Below, piece by piece: positions 1 to 9,006 of a DNA stretch of 25,085 bases. Under the pieces are notes generated by a model. That model worked only from the letters and a program-made list of their open reading frames with translations. It was not told where the DNA came from and did not search any database. A program made the translations under genes and the position numbers. The stretch is from a virus (taxonomy: Duplodnaviria; Caudoviricetes): IMG/VR virus record IMGVR_UViG_3300037462_000333, positions 1 through 25,085 of that record; one strand, given 5' to 3'. Each line of letters starts with the position of its first letter. The stretch's first letter is position 1.

Positions 1-2
1 TG

Positions 3-146
3 ATGGCGGCGCAGATCATGGCGGAGGTGGAACGGCAATCCGGGGCATCGGTGACGATCGAGACCGCGATCATGCAGAGGGTGCTGGAAGCCCATGTCCG
101 CGAACAGCTCGACGCCCTCGCCGACCTTAGGGTCTCGCTTGCATGA
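3..146 (+). CDS. C-terminal part of the probable terminase small subunit (gene starts before the window)
   Basis: Open frame ...MAAQIMAEVERQSGASVTIETAIMQRVLEAHVREQLDALADLRVSLA* ending TGA at 144-146 and overlapping the large terminase start. Position is typical of a small terminase. Confidence 0.6.
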   Translation: MAAQIMAEVERQSGASVTIETAIMQRVLEAHVREQLDALADLRVSLA

Positions 147-2160
147 TGAGGATCACGAACAGGAACTGACGTCGAACAACCTGACCAAGGGTCTCGACCT
201 CGGCTTCGACGGCGCTGAAGACCTGCTTCGGGTCTGGCGTCAGGGGCTGCGCCCCGACCCGAACCTGACGGTGTCGGAGTGGGCGGATCAGCATCGCTGG
301 CTGTCGTCGCGCGGCGCGGCCGAGCCGGGGCGCTATCGCACCGCCCGCGCACCCTATCTGCGCGAGATCATGGATGCGCTCTCGCCCGGCCATCCCGCCC
401 AGCGCATCACCTTCATGAAGGCGGCGCAGGTCGGGGCCACCGAGGCGGGCAACAACTGGATCGGCTTCGTCATCCATCACGCACCGGGGCCGATGCTGGC
501 GGTGCTGCCGAGCCTCGAACTGGCGAAGCGCACCTCGCGCGGCCGTCTTGATCCGCTGATCGCGGATAGCCCGGCGCTCCGCGAACGGGTGAACCCGGCC
601 CGGTCGCGCGATGCGGGCAACTCGATGCTGTCGAAGGAGTTTCCCGGCGGCATCCTTGTGCTGACCGGTGCCAACTCTGCCACCGGCCTGCGGTCGATGC
701 CTGCGCGCTACGTGTTCCTCGACGAGGTCGACGCCTATCCGGCCTCGGCCGACGAGGAAGGCGATCCGGTCACGCTGGCGGAAGCCCGGACCACCACCTT
801 CTCGCACCGGCGCAAGGTGTTCATGGTCTCGACCCCGACGATCCGGGGGCTGAGCCGGATCGAGCGAGAATTCGAGGCCTCCGACCAGCGGCGCTACTTC
901 GTGCCCTGCCCCCAATGCGGCACCATGCAGTGGCTGCAGTTCGACCGGCTGCGCTGGGCAAAGGGGAAGCCAGAAACCGCCGCCTATCATTGCGAAGGCT
1001 GCGAGAGGCCCATCGCCGAGCACCACAAGACGGAGATGCTGGCCCGCGGCGAATGGCGGGCGACAGCGGTTTCCAAGGATCCGAAGGCCATCGGGTTCCA
1101 CCTCTCGGCGCTCTATTCGCCCTTGGGCTGGAAAAGCTGGTCCGACATCGCGCGTGAATGGCTCGCGGCCCAAGGCTCGGATGAGACGCTGCGCGCCGCG
1201 CGCAACACGCTGCTGGGCGAGACATGGGTCGAAAGCGGCGACGCGCCAGAATGGCAACGGCTGGCGGATCGGCGCGAGGCCTGGAAGCCGGGCACCGTGC
1301 CAATGGCAGGCCTGTTCCTGACCGCGGGCGCTGACGTCCAGAGGGACCGGATCGAGGTCGATATCTGGGCCTGGGGCCGCGGGCTGGAAAGCTGGCTCGT
1401 CGATCACATCGTCATTCCGGGCGGGCCTGACGATCCGGCAGCTTGGGACAAGCTGACGGCGCTGCTCGGGCGGTCTTGGCAGCATGCAAACGGCGCCTTT
1501 ATGACCGTGGCGCGGCTCGGGATCGACACCGGCTACGAGGCCGCGGCGGTCTATGGCTGGTCGCGCAAGGTCGGGTTCGAACAGGTCGCGCCGCTGAAGG
1601 GGCTCGAAGGGTTCAACCGGTCGGCACCCGTCTCGGGCCCGACCTTCGTCGACGCCACCATCGGCGGCAAACGGCTCCGCCGCGGTGCCCGTCTCTGGTC
1701 GGTGGCCACGGCGACGTTCAAGGCGGAGACCTACCGGTTCCTGCGGATCGAACGTCCATCGGACGAGGACCGGGCGCTGGGCGTGCTCGATGCGGCGGGA
1801 ACTGTCCACATCCCCGGCTGGGCGGACACCGAATGGCTGAAGCAGCTGGTGGCCGAACAGCTGGTCACGATCCGCAACAAGCGCGGCTATGCCCACCAGG
1901 AATGGCAGAAGTTGCGCGAGCGGAACGAGGCGCTGGACTGCCGCGTCTATGCCCGCGCCGCAGCGTGGATCCTCGGTGCCGATCGGTGGGACGAGGCGAC
2001 CTGGCGGCGGCTTGAGGCGCAGGCGGGCGTGGAAACTCGCCTGCCGGTGGCCGTCGCACCTGATGCGACCGCACCCGATCCGACCCAACCCAAGGCCGGA
2101 ACCCTGACCACGCCGCGCCGGAGACGGCGGGCCTATACCCCGAACTTCATGAGGGACTGA
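139..2160 (+). CDS. Phage terminase large subunit, lambda GpA family
   Basis: Lambda-type N-terminus (TVSEWAD), Walker A-like KAAQVGATE, Walker B YVFLDEVD, Zn-binding CPQC...CEGC, nuclease region GADVQ and C-terminal RNEALDC. Start probably TTG 139 (AGGG upstream, overlapping the upstream stop). The ORF track opens at 94. Confidence 0.95.
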   Translation: MHDEDHEQELTSNNLTKGLDLGFDGAEDLLRVWRQGLRPDPNLTVSEWADQHRWLSSRGAAEPGRYRTARAPYLREIMDALSPGHPAQRITFMKAAQVGATEAGNNWIGFVIHHAPGPMLAVLPSLELAKRTSRGRLDPLIADSPALRERVNPARSRDAGNSMLSKEFPGGILVLTGANSATGLRSMPARYVFLDEVDAYPASADEEGDPVTLAEARTTTFSHRRKVFMVSTPTIRGLSRIEREFEASDQRRYFVPCPQCGTMQWLQFDRLRWAKGKPETAAYHCEGCERPIAEHHKTEMLARGEWRATAVSKDPKAIGFHLSALYSPLGWKSWSDIAREWLAAQGSDETLRAARNTLLGETWVESGDAPEWQRLADRREAWKPGTVPMAGLFLTAGADVQRDRIEVDIWAWGRGLESWLVDHIVIPGGPDDPAAWDKLTALLGRSWQHANGAFMTVARLGIDTGYEAAAVYGWSRKVGFEQVAPLKGLEGFNRSAPVSGPTFVDATIGGKRLRRGARLWSVATATFKAETYRFLRIERPSDEDRALGVLDAAGTVHIPGWADTEWLKQLVAEQLVTIRNKRGYAHQEWQKLRERNEALDCRVYARAAAWILGADRWDEATWRRLEAQAGVETRLPVAVAPDATAPDPTQPKAGTLTTPRRRRRAYTPNFMRD

Positions 2161-2372
2161 TGGACCTGGAAAGAATGCAGGCCCTGCTGACCGCGCTGCA
2201 GGAAGCCCGCTTCGCCGGGCTGCGCAGCGTCAGCTACGACGGCAAGACCGTGACATACGGCTCGGACGCCGAACTGGCGGCGGCCATTCGGGATCTGGAG
2301 GGGCGGATTGCCACCGCCTCAGCCACGCCCCGTCGCCGCCGTTGGGGCACCGTGGCCAGCAAGGGGCTGTGA
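2160..2372 (+). CDS. Head-tail joining protein, gpW-like
   Basis: 70 aa between terminase and portal, with the gpW-like pattern SVSYDGKTVTY..D.EL..AI..LE. Confidence 0.85.
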   Translation: MDLERMQALLTALQEARFAGLRSVSYDGKTVTYGSDAELAAAIRDLEGRIATASATPRRRRWGTVASKGL

Positions 2373-2374
2373 GG

Positions 2375-3886
2375 ATGGTGCTCGACGCTTTCCGCTCCCG
2401 CCTTGGCTCGATCATCGGCGGGTTTGACGCTGCCCAATCCCACCGTCGCATGCGCGGGTTCCGCGCCACCCGCGCCCATGTGAACACGCTGATCGCGTCC
2501 TCGGGCGAGACGATTACCGCCCGGGCTCGATGGCTGGTCCGCAACAATGGCTATGCCGCAAACGCCGTCGATGCCTTCGCCAACCACGTCGTCGGCGACG
2601 GCATCAAGCCGTCCTCGAAGATACCTGAGGCCGCGAAGAAGGAAGAGTTGCAGAAGCTGTGGCTGGCGTGGACCGACGAGGCCGATGCCGAGGGCCTGAC
2701 CGACTTCTTCGGGTTGCAGCGCCGGGCGGCACGCGAAGTCTTCCTGGCAGGAGAGGTCTTCCTGCGCATCCGCACCCGGCGGCCGGAGGATGGCCTTACC
2801 GTGCCGCTGCAGCTGCAGATGCTGCCCTCGGAAATGCTGCCCCAGGACATGACCCGCATCCTGCCTGGTGCCGGGTCGATCCGGCAAGGCATCGAGTTCG
2901 ACGGGATCGGACGGCGCGTGGCCTATCACTTCCTGCGCCGCCACCCGGGCGACATGACCGATCCGGGATTGGCCGGGGAAACAGTGCGCGTGCCCGCCTC
3001 GGAGGTGATCCACATCCTGGACCCGGTCGAAGCAGGCCAGTTGCGCGGTGTCTCACGCTTTGCGGCGGCTGTCGTGAAGCTCTTCACCCTCGATCTCTAC
3101 GACGATGCGGAACTCGAGCGGAAGAAGACCGCGGCGATGTTCGCGATGTTCATCACCTCCCCCGCCCCGGAAACCGCCCTCGATCCGGCCGAGGATGATC
3201 TCGAGGTGGAACCCGGCCAGGTGGTCCGCCTCGATCCGGGTGAAGATGTAACGACCCCCTCGACGCCGGATTCCGGCAGCACCTATGAACCTTTCCAGTA
3301 CCGGACGCTGTTGCAGATCGGCGCGGCGCTGGGCGTGCCCTATGGGTACCTCACCGGCGACACGGCGAAGGGGAACTTCTCGAACACCCGGATCGCGCTC
3401 GTGGACTTCCGTCGCCGCATCTCTGCCTTCCAGCATTCGGTGATGGTCTATCAGCTCTGCCGCGCGGTCTGGACGCGCTGGATGGACATGGCCGTGCTGG
3501 CAAGCGCCATCGACCTGCCCGGCTATGCCACCGACCGGCGGCAATACCTCGCTTGCGACTGGCTTCCGACCAAGTGGGACTGGATCGATCCGGCCAAGGA
3601 CGCCGCGGCGGAGATCCTGCAGATCGAGGCGGGCCTGAAATCCCGCACGCAGGCCATCGCCGAGCGCGGCTATGACGCCGAGCAGGTCGACCGGGAAATC
3701 GCCGCGGAACGCAAGCGCGAGGCGGACCTCGGGTTGGACTTCCGGCGGCCGGGATCCCCTGCGCAGGCCGCAGGTGGCGGCGCGGGGCAAGGCACCGCTG
3801 AGGGCGAGCAGGAAAATCAGCAGGACAGCGGCAATCAGGATGACGACGGCGAAGGCCGGGAACCCCGACCCCCGGAGGAAGGATGA
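2375..3886 (+). CDS. Phage portal protein, lambda family
   Basis: Motifs RARWLVRNNGYA, GEVF, GQLRGVSRFA, LTGD..KGNFSNTR and WIDPAKD. ATG at 2375, 2 nt after the gpW stop. Confidence 0.95.
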   Translation: MVLDAFRSRLGSIIGGFDAAQSHRRMRGFRATRAHVNTLIASSGETITARARWLVRNNGYAANAVDAFANHVVGDGIKPSSKIPEAAKKEELQKLWLAWTDEADAEGLTDFFGLQRRAAREVFLAGEVFLRIRTRRPEDGLTVPLQLQMLPSEMLPQDMTRILPGAGSIRQGIEFDGIGRRVAYHFLRRHPGDMTDPGLAGETVRVPASEVIHILDPVEAGQLRGVSRFAAAVVKLFTLDLYDDAELERKKTAAMFAMFITSPAPETALDPAEDDLEVEPGQVVRLDPGEDVTTPSTPDSGSTYEPFQYRTLLQIGAALGVPYGYLTGDTAKGNFSNTRIALVDFRRRISAFQHSVMVYQLCRAVWTRWMDMAVLASAIDLPGYATDRRQYLACDWLPTKWDWIDPAKDAAAEILQIEAGLKSRTQAIAERGYDAEQVDREIAAERKREADLGLDFRRPGSPAQAAGGGAGQGTAEGEQENQQDSGNQDDDGEGREPRPPEEG

Positions 3887-5196
3887 TGCACCACACCCAG
3901 ATCGCCCAGCGCGTGTTCAACACCCCGCTGATGGTCGATCCCGCGAAGGCGCTGGCCTTCCTGACGGGGCTTGGCCCGCGGATCACCGGCCGCGAGATCA
4001 GTGTCGATGGTCTGGAGGTCACGGCCGAGGACCAAACCAGTGCCACCCAGCCCGCTCGGGCGTCCCTCTTCGGTGATGACCTGACCAACCGCCAGGCGCG
4101 GAATGGTGGCCAGCCCTTCGCGGTGGTGGACGGGATCGCCGTGATCGAAATCGCGGGCACGCTGGTGCATCGCGGGGCCTGGATCGGGCAGTCTTCCGGC
4201 CTGACGTCGTATGAGGGGATCGCAGCCCAACTGCAGGCGGCCCTCTCCGACCCGGCGATCCGCGGCATTGCCCTCGACATCGACAGTTTCGGCGGGGAAG
4301 TGGCCGGGGCCTTTGACTTGGCCGACCGCATCCGGGCGGCGCGGGCGCAGAAGCCAGTCCACGCCTTCGTCGCGGATCACGCGCTGTCCGCCGCCTATGC
4401 GCTGGCCTCCCAGGCCGACCGCATCATCCTGCCCCGCACCGGCGCCGTCGGCAGCATCGGCGTGGTCGCGATGCACAGCGACATGAGCGGGGCGCTCGAC
4501 CAGAAGGGCATCGCCGTGACCCTGATCCATGCAGGCGCCCGAAAGGTCGATGCCAATCCCTACCAGCCCCTGCCCGAGGCCATCCGCGCCCGGATAGAAG
4601 GCGAGTTGGAAGTCCTGCGTCAGCTCTTCGCCGAAACCGTCGCCGAGGGTCGTGGCCGCCGCCTGGACACACGCCAGGCGCTGGGCACCGAGGCCGCCGT
4701 GTTCCGCGGAGAGGCGGCCGTCTTCGCCGGTCTTGCCGACGAGGTGGCCGATCCCGTCACCGCCTTCCGCGCTTTCGCCGCCGCACCCCGCGGCACAACC
4801 ACCCCCAGAGGAAAGGGCCCGATGATGACCACCACCCCCGAAGACCATGCGCAGCCTCCGGCCGCGCCTGCTGCCAGCTCCCCGCCGGAACCGGCGCCGA
4901 CCGCGGCAGTCGCACCGCCGCAGACGGAAGCGGCTGCGATGTCGTCCGAAGCCATCCGCGCCGAGGCGGCCGAGGTTGCGCAGGTCTGCGCGCAGGCCGC
5001 ACGCCTCGGCGTCCAGATCGACGCCGCCGATGCCGTCGCCAAGGGCGTGAAGCCCGAGGCCCTGCGCGCCAAGGTGCTGGCCGATCTCGCCGCACGCAGT
5101 GACGCGGCGGGCATCATCGCCACGGCCCCGGCACCCGGGGCCAAGGAAAGCCCCATCGTCGCGGCCGCCAAGAAATCCGCCGCCGCCTCGCGCTGA
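3883..5196 (+). CDS. S49-family prohead protease fused to a C-terminal scaffold domain (lambda gpC/Nu3-like)
   Basis: LDIDSFGG, SAAY (catalytic Ser region) and GSIGV motifs, followed by a Pro/Ala-rich linker and helical tail. ATGA overlap with the portal stop. Confidence 0.92.
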   Translation: MMHHTQIAQRVFNTPLMVDPAKALAFLTGLGPRITGREISVDGLEVTAEDQTSATQPARASLFGDDLTNRQARNGGQPFAVVDGIAVIEIAGTLVHRGAWIGQSSGLTSYEGIAAQLQAALSDPAIRGIALDIDSFGGEVAGAFDLADRIRAARAQKPVHAFVADHALSAAYALASQADRIILPRTGAVGSIGVVAMHSDMSGALDQKGIAVTLIHAGARKVDANPYQPLPEAIRARIEGELEVLRQLFAETVAEGRGRRLDTRQALGTEAAVFRGEAAVFAGLADEVADPVTAFRAFAAAPRGTTTPRGKGPMMTTTPEDHAQPPAAPAASSPPEPAPTAAVAPPQTEAAAMSSEAIRAEAAEVAQVCAQAARLGVQIDAADAVAKGVKPEALRAKVLADLAARSDAAGIIATAPAPGAKESPIVAAAKKSAAASR

Positions 5197-5250
5197 CAAT
5201 TACGGCCGCGCTAGCCGCACCCCATACCCCAACATCACGGAGACTGAGCC

Positions 5251-5631
5251 ATGCCCGTCCTGACGGAACCGCCCAGCATGGGCGATGTCCTCAAATACGA
5301 GGTCAACCCGAACTACACCCGCGAGGTGGTGACGCTGCTCGCGGGCACGCCCTATCCCGTCGGCGCAGTCCTCGGCCGCATCACCGCCAGCGGAAAATAC
5401 AAGCTGGCCACCAGCGGCGGCACCGATGGCGCGCAGACCGCCTCGGCCGTCCTGCTCTATGCCGTCGATGCGACACTCGCGGACGCCACCGGCATCGTCG
5501 TCGCCCGCGGCCCCGCCATCGTCTCGCGCGCAGGCCTCGCCTACGACGCCACCGTCGATGACGGGGCGAAGATCACCACCAAGATCGGCCAGCTGGCCGC
5601 CGCAGGCATCATCGCCCGCGACGGCGTCTGA
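5251..5631 (+). CDS. Head decoration protein (lambda gpD-like position)
   Basis: 126 aa with G.VLGRITASGKY and DG.QTA.AVLL patterns, GGAG RBS, located between protease and capsid. Confidence 0.88.
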   Translation: MPVLTEPPSMGDVLKYEVNPNYTREVVTLLAGTPYPVGAVLGRITASGKYKLATSGGTDGAQTASAVLLYAVDATLADATGIVVARGPAIVSRAGLAYDATVDDGAKITTKIGQLAAAGIIARDGV

Positions 5632-5680
5632 CGCGCACCAGTCAGCCGCGTTCTTCCCCTCATTCCCCCGGAGCAAGTCC

Positions 5681-6706
5681 ATGACCCTCGTCCGCAATCC
5701 CTTCGACGCTGGCGGCTATTCGCTGGCCGAGATGACGCAGGCCATCAACATCCTGCCCAACCTCTACACCCGCCTCGCCCAGATCGGCCTCTTCCGCTTC
5801 GAAGGGGTCAGCCAGCGCTCGGTCATCATCGAACAGTATGAAGGCGTCCTGAGCCTTCTGCCCTCCGTTCCCCTCGGCGGCCCCGCCACGGTCGGCACCC
5901 GGGAAGGCCGGTCCATGCGCAGCTTCGCCCTGCCGTGGATCCCGCATGACGACGTGATCCTCCCCGCCGACATCCAAGGCTCCCCCGCGCTGGGCGGCGC
6001 CTTCGACGCTGCCGATCCCCTCGTCGAAGTGATGAACCGCAAGCTGCTGCTTATGCGCCGCAAGCATGCCCAGACCCGGGAATACATGGAGATGAACGCG
6101 CTGCGCGGCATCGTGAAAGACGGCGCGGGCACCACCCTCTACAACTACTTTACCGAATTCGGCCTGGCGCAGATCTCTGTCGACTTCGTGCTCGGCACCG
6201 CGGGCACGAACGTGCAAGGCAAGGTCCGCGAGGTGCTGCGCGCCATCGAGGACAATCTTCTAGGCGAGGCCATGACCAGCGTGCACGCCCTCGTCAGCCG
6301 CGAATTCTTCGACAAGCTGATCGCGCATCCGAAGACCGAAGAGGCCTACAAGTTCTACGCCTCGACCGGCGCCCAGCCTCTGCGCGAGGATGTGCGGCGC
6401 AACTTCCCCTTCGGCGGGATCCTCTTCGAGGAATACTCTGGCACGGTGACCCTCTCGACGAAGGCCGCCGAACGGCTGGTTCCGGCGAACGAAGGGATCG
6501 CTTTCCCGCTAGGCACGATGGACACCTTCACCACCTATGGCGGCCCGGCGAACCTCCTGGAAACCGCCAACACCATCGGCCTGCCGCTCTACGCCCGCCA
6601 GCATCTCGACGAGAAAGGCCGCTGGATCGAGGTGATGACGGAAGCCTCGATCCTGCCGGTGAACAAGCGGCCGCGCCTCGCGATCCGACTGCACACGTCG
6701 AACTGA
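5681..6706 (+). CDS. Major capsid protein (lambda gpE-like family)
   Basis: 341 aa from ATG 5681 with GGAG RBS. Motifs MTQAINILPN, TREY...NALRG, FGGILFEEY and terminal P...RP. Confidence 0.93.
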   Translation: MTLVRNPFDAGGYSLAEMTQAINILPNLYTRLAQIGLFRFEGVSQRSVIIEQYEGVLSLLPSVPLGGPATVGTREGRSMRSFALPWIPHDDVILPADIQGSPALGGAFDAADPLVEVMNRKLLLMRRKHAQTREYMEMNALRGIVKDGAGTTLYNYFTEFGLAQISVDFVLGTAGTNVQGKVREVLRAIEDNLLGEAMTSVHALVSREFFDKLIAHPKTEEAYKFYASTGAQPLREDVRRNFPFGGILFEEYSGTVTLSTKAAERLVPANEGIAFPLGTMDTFTTYGGPANLLETANTIGLPLYARQHLDEKGRWIEVMTEASILPVNKRPRLAIRLHTSN

Positions 6707-6718
6707 CGGACGCAGCCC

Positions 6719-7033
6719 GTGTCCGTCTTTGCTGCCGCCATGGACCGCCTCTTTACCCATGCCTCCATGGCGGCCCCTGCCCTCTGGATCTCGGCCACCA
6801 CGTCCGAGGAACGCCCGATCCGTATCATCCGGCGCGCCCCGGATCGCGTCACCGACTTCGGCGCGGGGCGATTCTTCAGCGACACGACGGTGGTCGACGT
6901 GCGCGTGTCCGATCTCCCCGCCCCGCGCCCGGGCGACGTGATCGTCATCGGAGCGGAAAGCCATGTGATCCAAGGGGAACCACTACGCGACCGCGAACGG
7001 CTGATCTGGACCCTCGATCTGAGGCCCGCATGA
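6719..7033 (+). CDS. Head-tail joining/adaptor protein (gpFII-like)
   Basis: 104 aa, GTG start, beta-rich with P.PGD.I.I and terminal W.LDLRP, immediately after the capsid gene. Confidence 0.75.
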   Translation: MSVFAAAMDRLFTHASMAAPALWISATTSEERPIRIIRRAPDRVTDFGAGRFFSDTTVVDVRVSDLPAPRPGDVIVIGAESHVIQGEPLRDRERLIWTLDLRPA

Positions 7034-7647
7034 AGCTGAAGCTGGAAATCAGCCCCGACCTTGCCGCCCTGATGCAGGCCGAAATCGCCGCCGGTGAAAG
7101 GGCCGTCACCATCGCCATGCGCGAGGCGGGCGCGGGCCTCAAATCCGCCTGGCGCGGCCAGATCACCGGCGCGGGGCTTGGCACCCGGCTTGGAAACTCG
7201 ATCCGGCTCGCCACCTATCCCAAGGGCGGCGAAAGCCTGAACGCCGCGGCGCTGGTCTGGTCGAACGCCCCGGTGATCGTCGGCGCGCATTACACAGGGC
7301 CACTGATCCGGTCGCGCAATGGGTTCTGGCTCGCGATCCCCACCCCAGCCGCAGGCAAATCCACGCGGGGTGGCCGGATCACCCCCGGCGAATGGGAGCG
7401 CCGCACGGGCCTGCGGTTGCGGTTCGTCTACCGGCGCGGCGGGCCCAGCCTGCTGGTGGCCGAGGGGCGACTGAACAGCAAGGGGCGCGCGGTGGCCTCC
7501 CGCGCGAAAACAGGCCGCGGGCTGACCACTGTGCCGATCTTCCTGCTGGTGCCGCAGGTCAAGCTACGCAAACGGCTGGATCTGGCGCGGGATGCCGAGC
7601 GGGCTATCGACGGCGTCCCGGGGCGGATCGTAGTGGAGTGGAATTAG
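7030..7647 (+). CDS. Neck/tail completion protein, DUF6441-like
   Basis: Basic 205 aa protein (WLAIPT, VPIFLLVPQV.L.KRLD) typical of alphaproteobacterial prophage neck regions. ATGA overlap with the previous gene. Confidence 0.75.
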   Translation: MKLKLEISPDLAALMQAEIAAGERAVTIAMREAGAGLKSAWRGQITGAGLGTRLGNSIRLATYPKGGESLNAAALVWSNAPVIVGAHYTGPLIRSRNGFWLAIPTPAAGKSTRGGRITPGEWERRTGLRLRFVYRRGGPSLLVAEGRLNSKGRAVASRAKTGRGLTTVPIFLLVPQVKLRKRLDLARDAERAIDGVPGRIVVEWN

Positions 7648-8450
7648 CGCGGGGCCTCGTCCTTGCCATCCTGATAAGCACCAACCACCCAGATGAAGCT
7701 CTGAATGTCGATGCGATCACGTGGGTTCAAATCACGCAGTTCGCGGCTCGTCTGGTCCACGAGTTCAAGAAGGCTGACATAAACGTCGAAGTTCAAACGC
7801 GCCTCATAGACTGACGCAAAGGGATGCCCAACGCGCAAAGCATAGTCCTTGGTGACCTCGGGCTTGAGAAACATGTGCCGTTCTGGACGCCAGAGATATG
7901 GCAGATAGGTCACGATGGTCCATTTGGCGGCGTCGAACGGCCTCAGGACGTTTTCCAGTCGCGCGAGAGAATTCTTGTCATCGTGTTGCGCAAAGGCTGC
8001 TGCGGCTTGAATGACTGCATCTGCACTAGGACCCCGAAATACGTCCTGAAGTCTCGTTTTCTCAAATGGGGAAAGCATGTTCGTCGCGCGAAAGGCAGAC
8101 AGTACCGCCTCACCAAACCCTGACCCTGTCAGGGCCTTTTCAAGCGGTGCGGTTGTGTCCAGCTTGTTCTTCGCAGCCAGCTTGTAGTCTCGTTCTTGAG
8201 CGGCATACCCTTCTGACTGAAATCCTTCTGGGAAGAATTTGAGGAAGCGGCTGCGCGCACCCGAATAGCCAAAGTAATTCGGGTCAGACTTGCCCGCTTC
8301 ATCGTGGAGTTGCTGCCAAACCCTATCCGCGTCATCTCCTTCGACGCACACCTTTCCATCGGCCAGCCCGAAGAACTTGCTGTCCTTCTCCACAAGCCTC
8401 AGGGCCCTTTTCCCAAGATTCCCTTGGCGAATGGTTCTTGCTGCGCCCAT
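7644..8450 (-). CDS. Accessory (moron) hypothetical protein, 268 aa; candidate defence / DNA-recognition protein
   Basis: Only protein-coding gene called on the minus strand. Lower GC (sampled line 8041-8100 is 31/60 GC), GGAG RBS 7 nt before ATG, natural globular composition, motifs FPEGF..ERDYK, KWTIVTYLP.L..P..HMFLKP and PRDRIDIQSFIWV. Confidence 0.85.
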   Translation of the reverse strand: MGAARTIRQGNLGKRALRLVEKDSKFFGLADGKVCVEGDDADRVWQQLHDEAGKSDPNYFGYSGARSRFLKFFPEGFQSEGYAAQERDYKLAAKNKLDTTAPLEKALTGSGFGEAVLSAFRATNMLSPFEKTRLQDVFRGPSADAVIQAAAAFAQHDDKNSLARLENVLRPFDAAKWTIVTYLPYLWRPERHMFLKPEVTKDYALRVGHPFASVYEARLNFDVYVSLLELVDQTSRELRDLNPRDRIDIQSFIWVVGAYQDGKDEAPR

Positions 8451-8559
8451 TGCTGTGCTCCGATCAATGACTCTTGTTCAGGCTAACTGCTCCTCGGGTC
8501 GCAAATAAAGGTCCGAAAGCAGTTTTGCCTCAACGACTTGCCCTTCTGCATCGAGAAAC

Positions 8560-8982
8560 ATGCCCACTAACCGCGAATCCGCCCTCGCCGCGCTGCACGC
8601 TCGGCTGCAGCCGCTTGCCGCCCTAACCCTGCGTGACGAGATCCTGCCCGAGCGGATCCCGGCGACTGGGCTGATCATCCTGCGCGACGGCCAGCCGGGC
8701 GAGCCGGAAGTGACGCTGTCGCCGCTCCGCTATCACTACCAGCACCGCGCCGAGCTGGAGGTCGTCGTCCAGGCGGGCACCGGCCAGACCAGCGCCTTCG
8801 ATGACCTGATCGTCGCCATCGGCGCAGCGCTAGAGGCGGACCGCACCCTCGGCGGCCTCTGTGATTGGGTCGAAGCCGAGGCCCCTGCGTCGGTCGACCT
8901 GCCCGTCGAAGGCGCAGCCGCCCTCAAGGCAGCAGTGATCACCGTCGTCCTACACTATACCACCACCGGCCCCCTGGCCTGA
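8560..8982 (+). CDS. Probable tail terminator/completion protein (family often mislabelled acyl-CoA transferase)
   Basis: 140 aa directly before the tail tube, with AL.ADRTLGGLCD and terminal Y.T..PL motifs. Confidence 0.75.
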   Translation: MPTNRESALAALHARLQPLAALTLRDEILPERIPATGLIILRDGQPGEPEVTLSPLRYHYQHRAELEVVVQAGTGQTSAFDDLIVAIGAALEADRTLGGLCDWVEAEAPASVDLPVEGAAALKAAVITVVLHYTTTGPLA

Positions 8983-9006
8983 CACCCCACATTCAAGGAG
9001 ACCCCC

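Noticed and set aside
127-2088. 653-aa minus-strand ORF, and similar long antisense ORFs at 3835-5199 and 11933-12973
   Set aside because: They mirror terminase, protease and tape measure genes and show no recognisable domains.
8560-8982. Metabolic acyl-CoA transferase as an auxiliary gene
   Set aside because: Too short, no transferase motifs, and its position before the tail tube indicates a structural protein.
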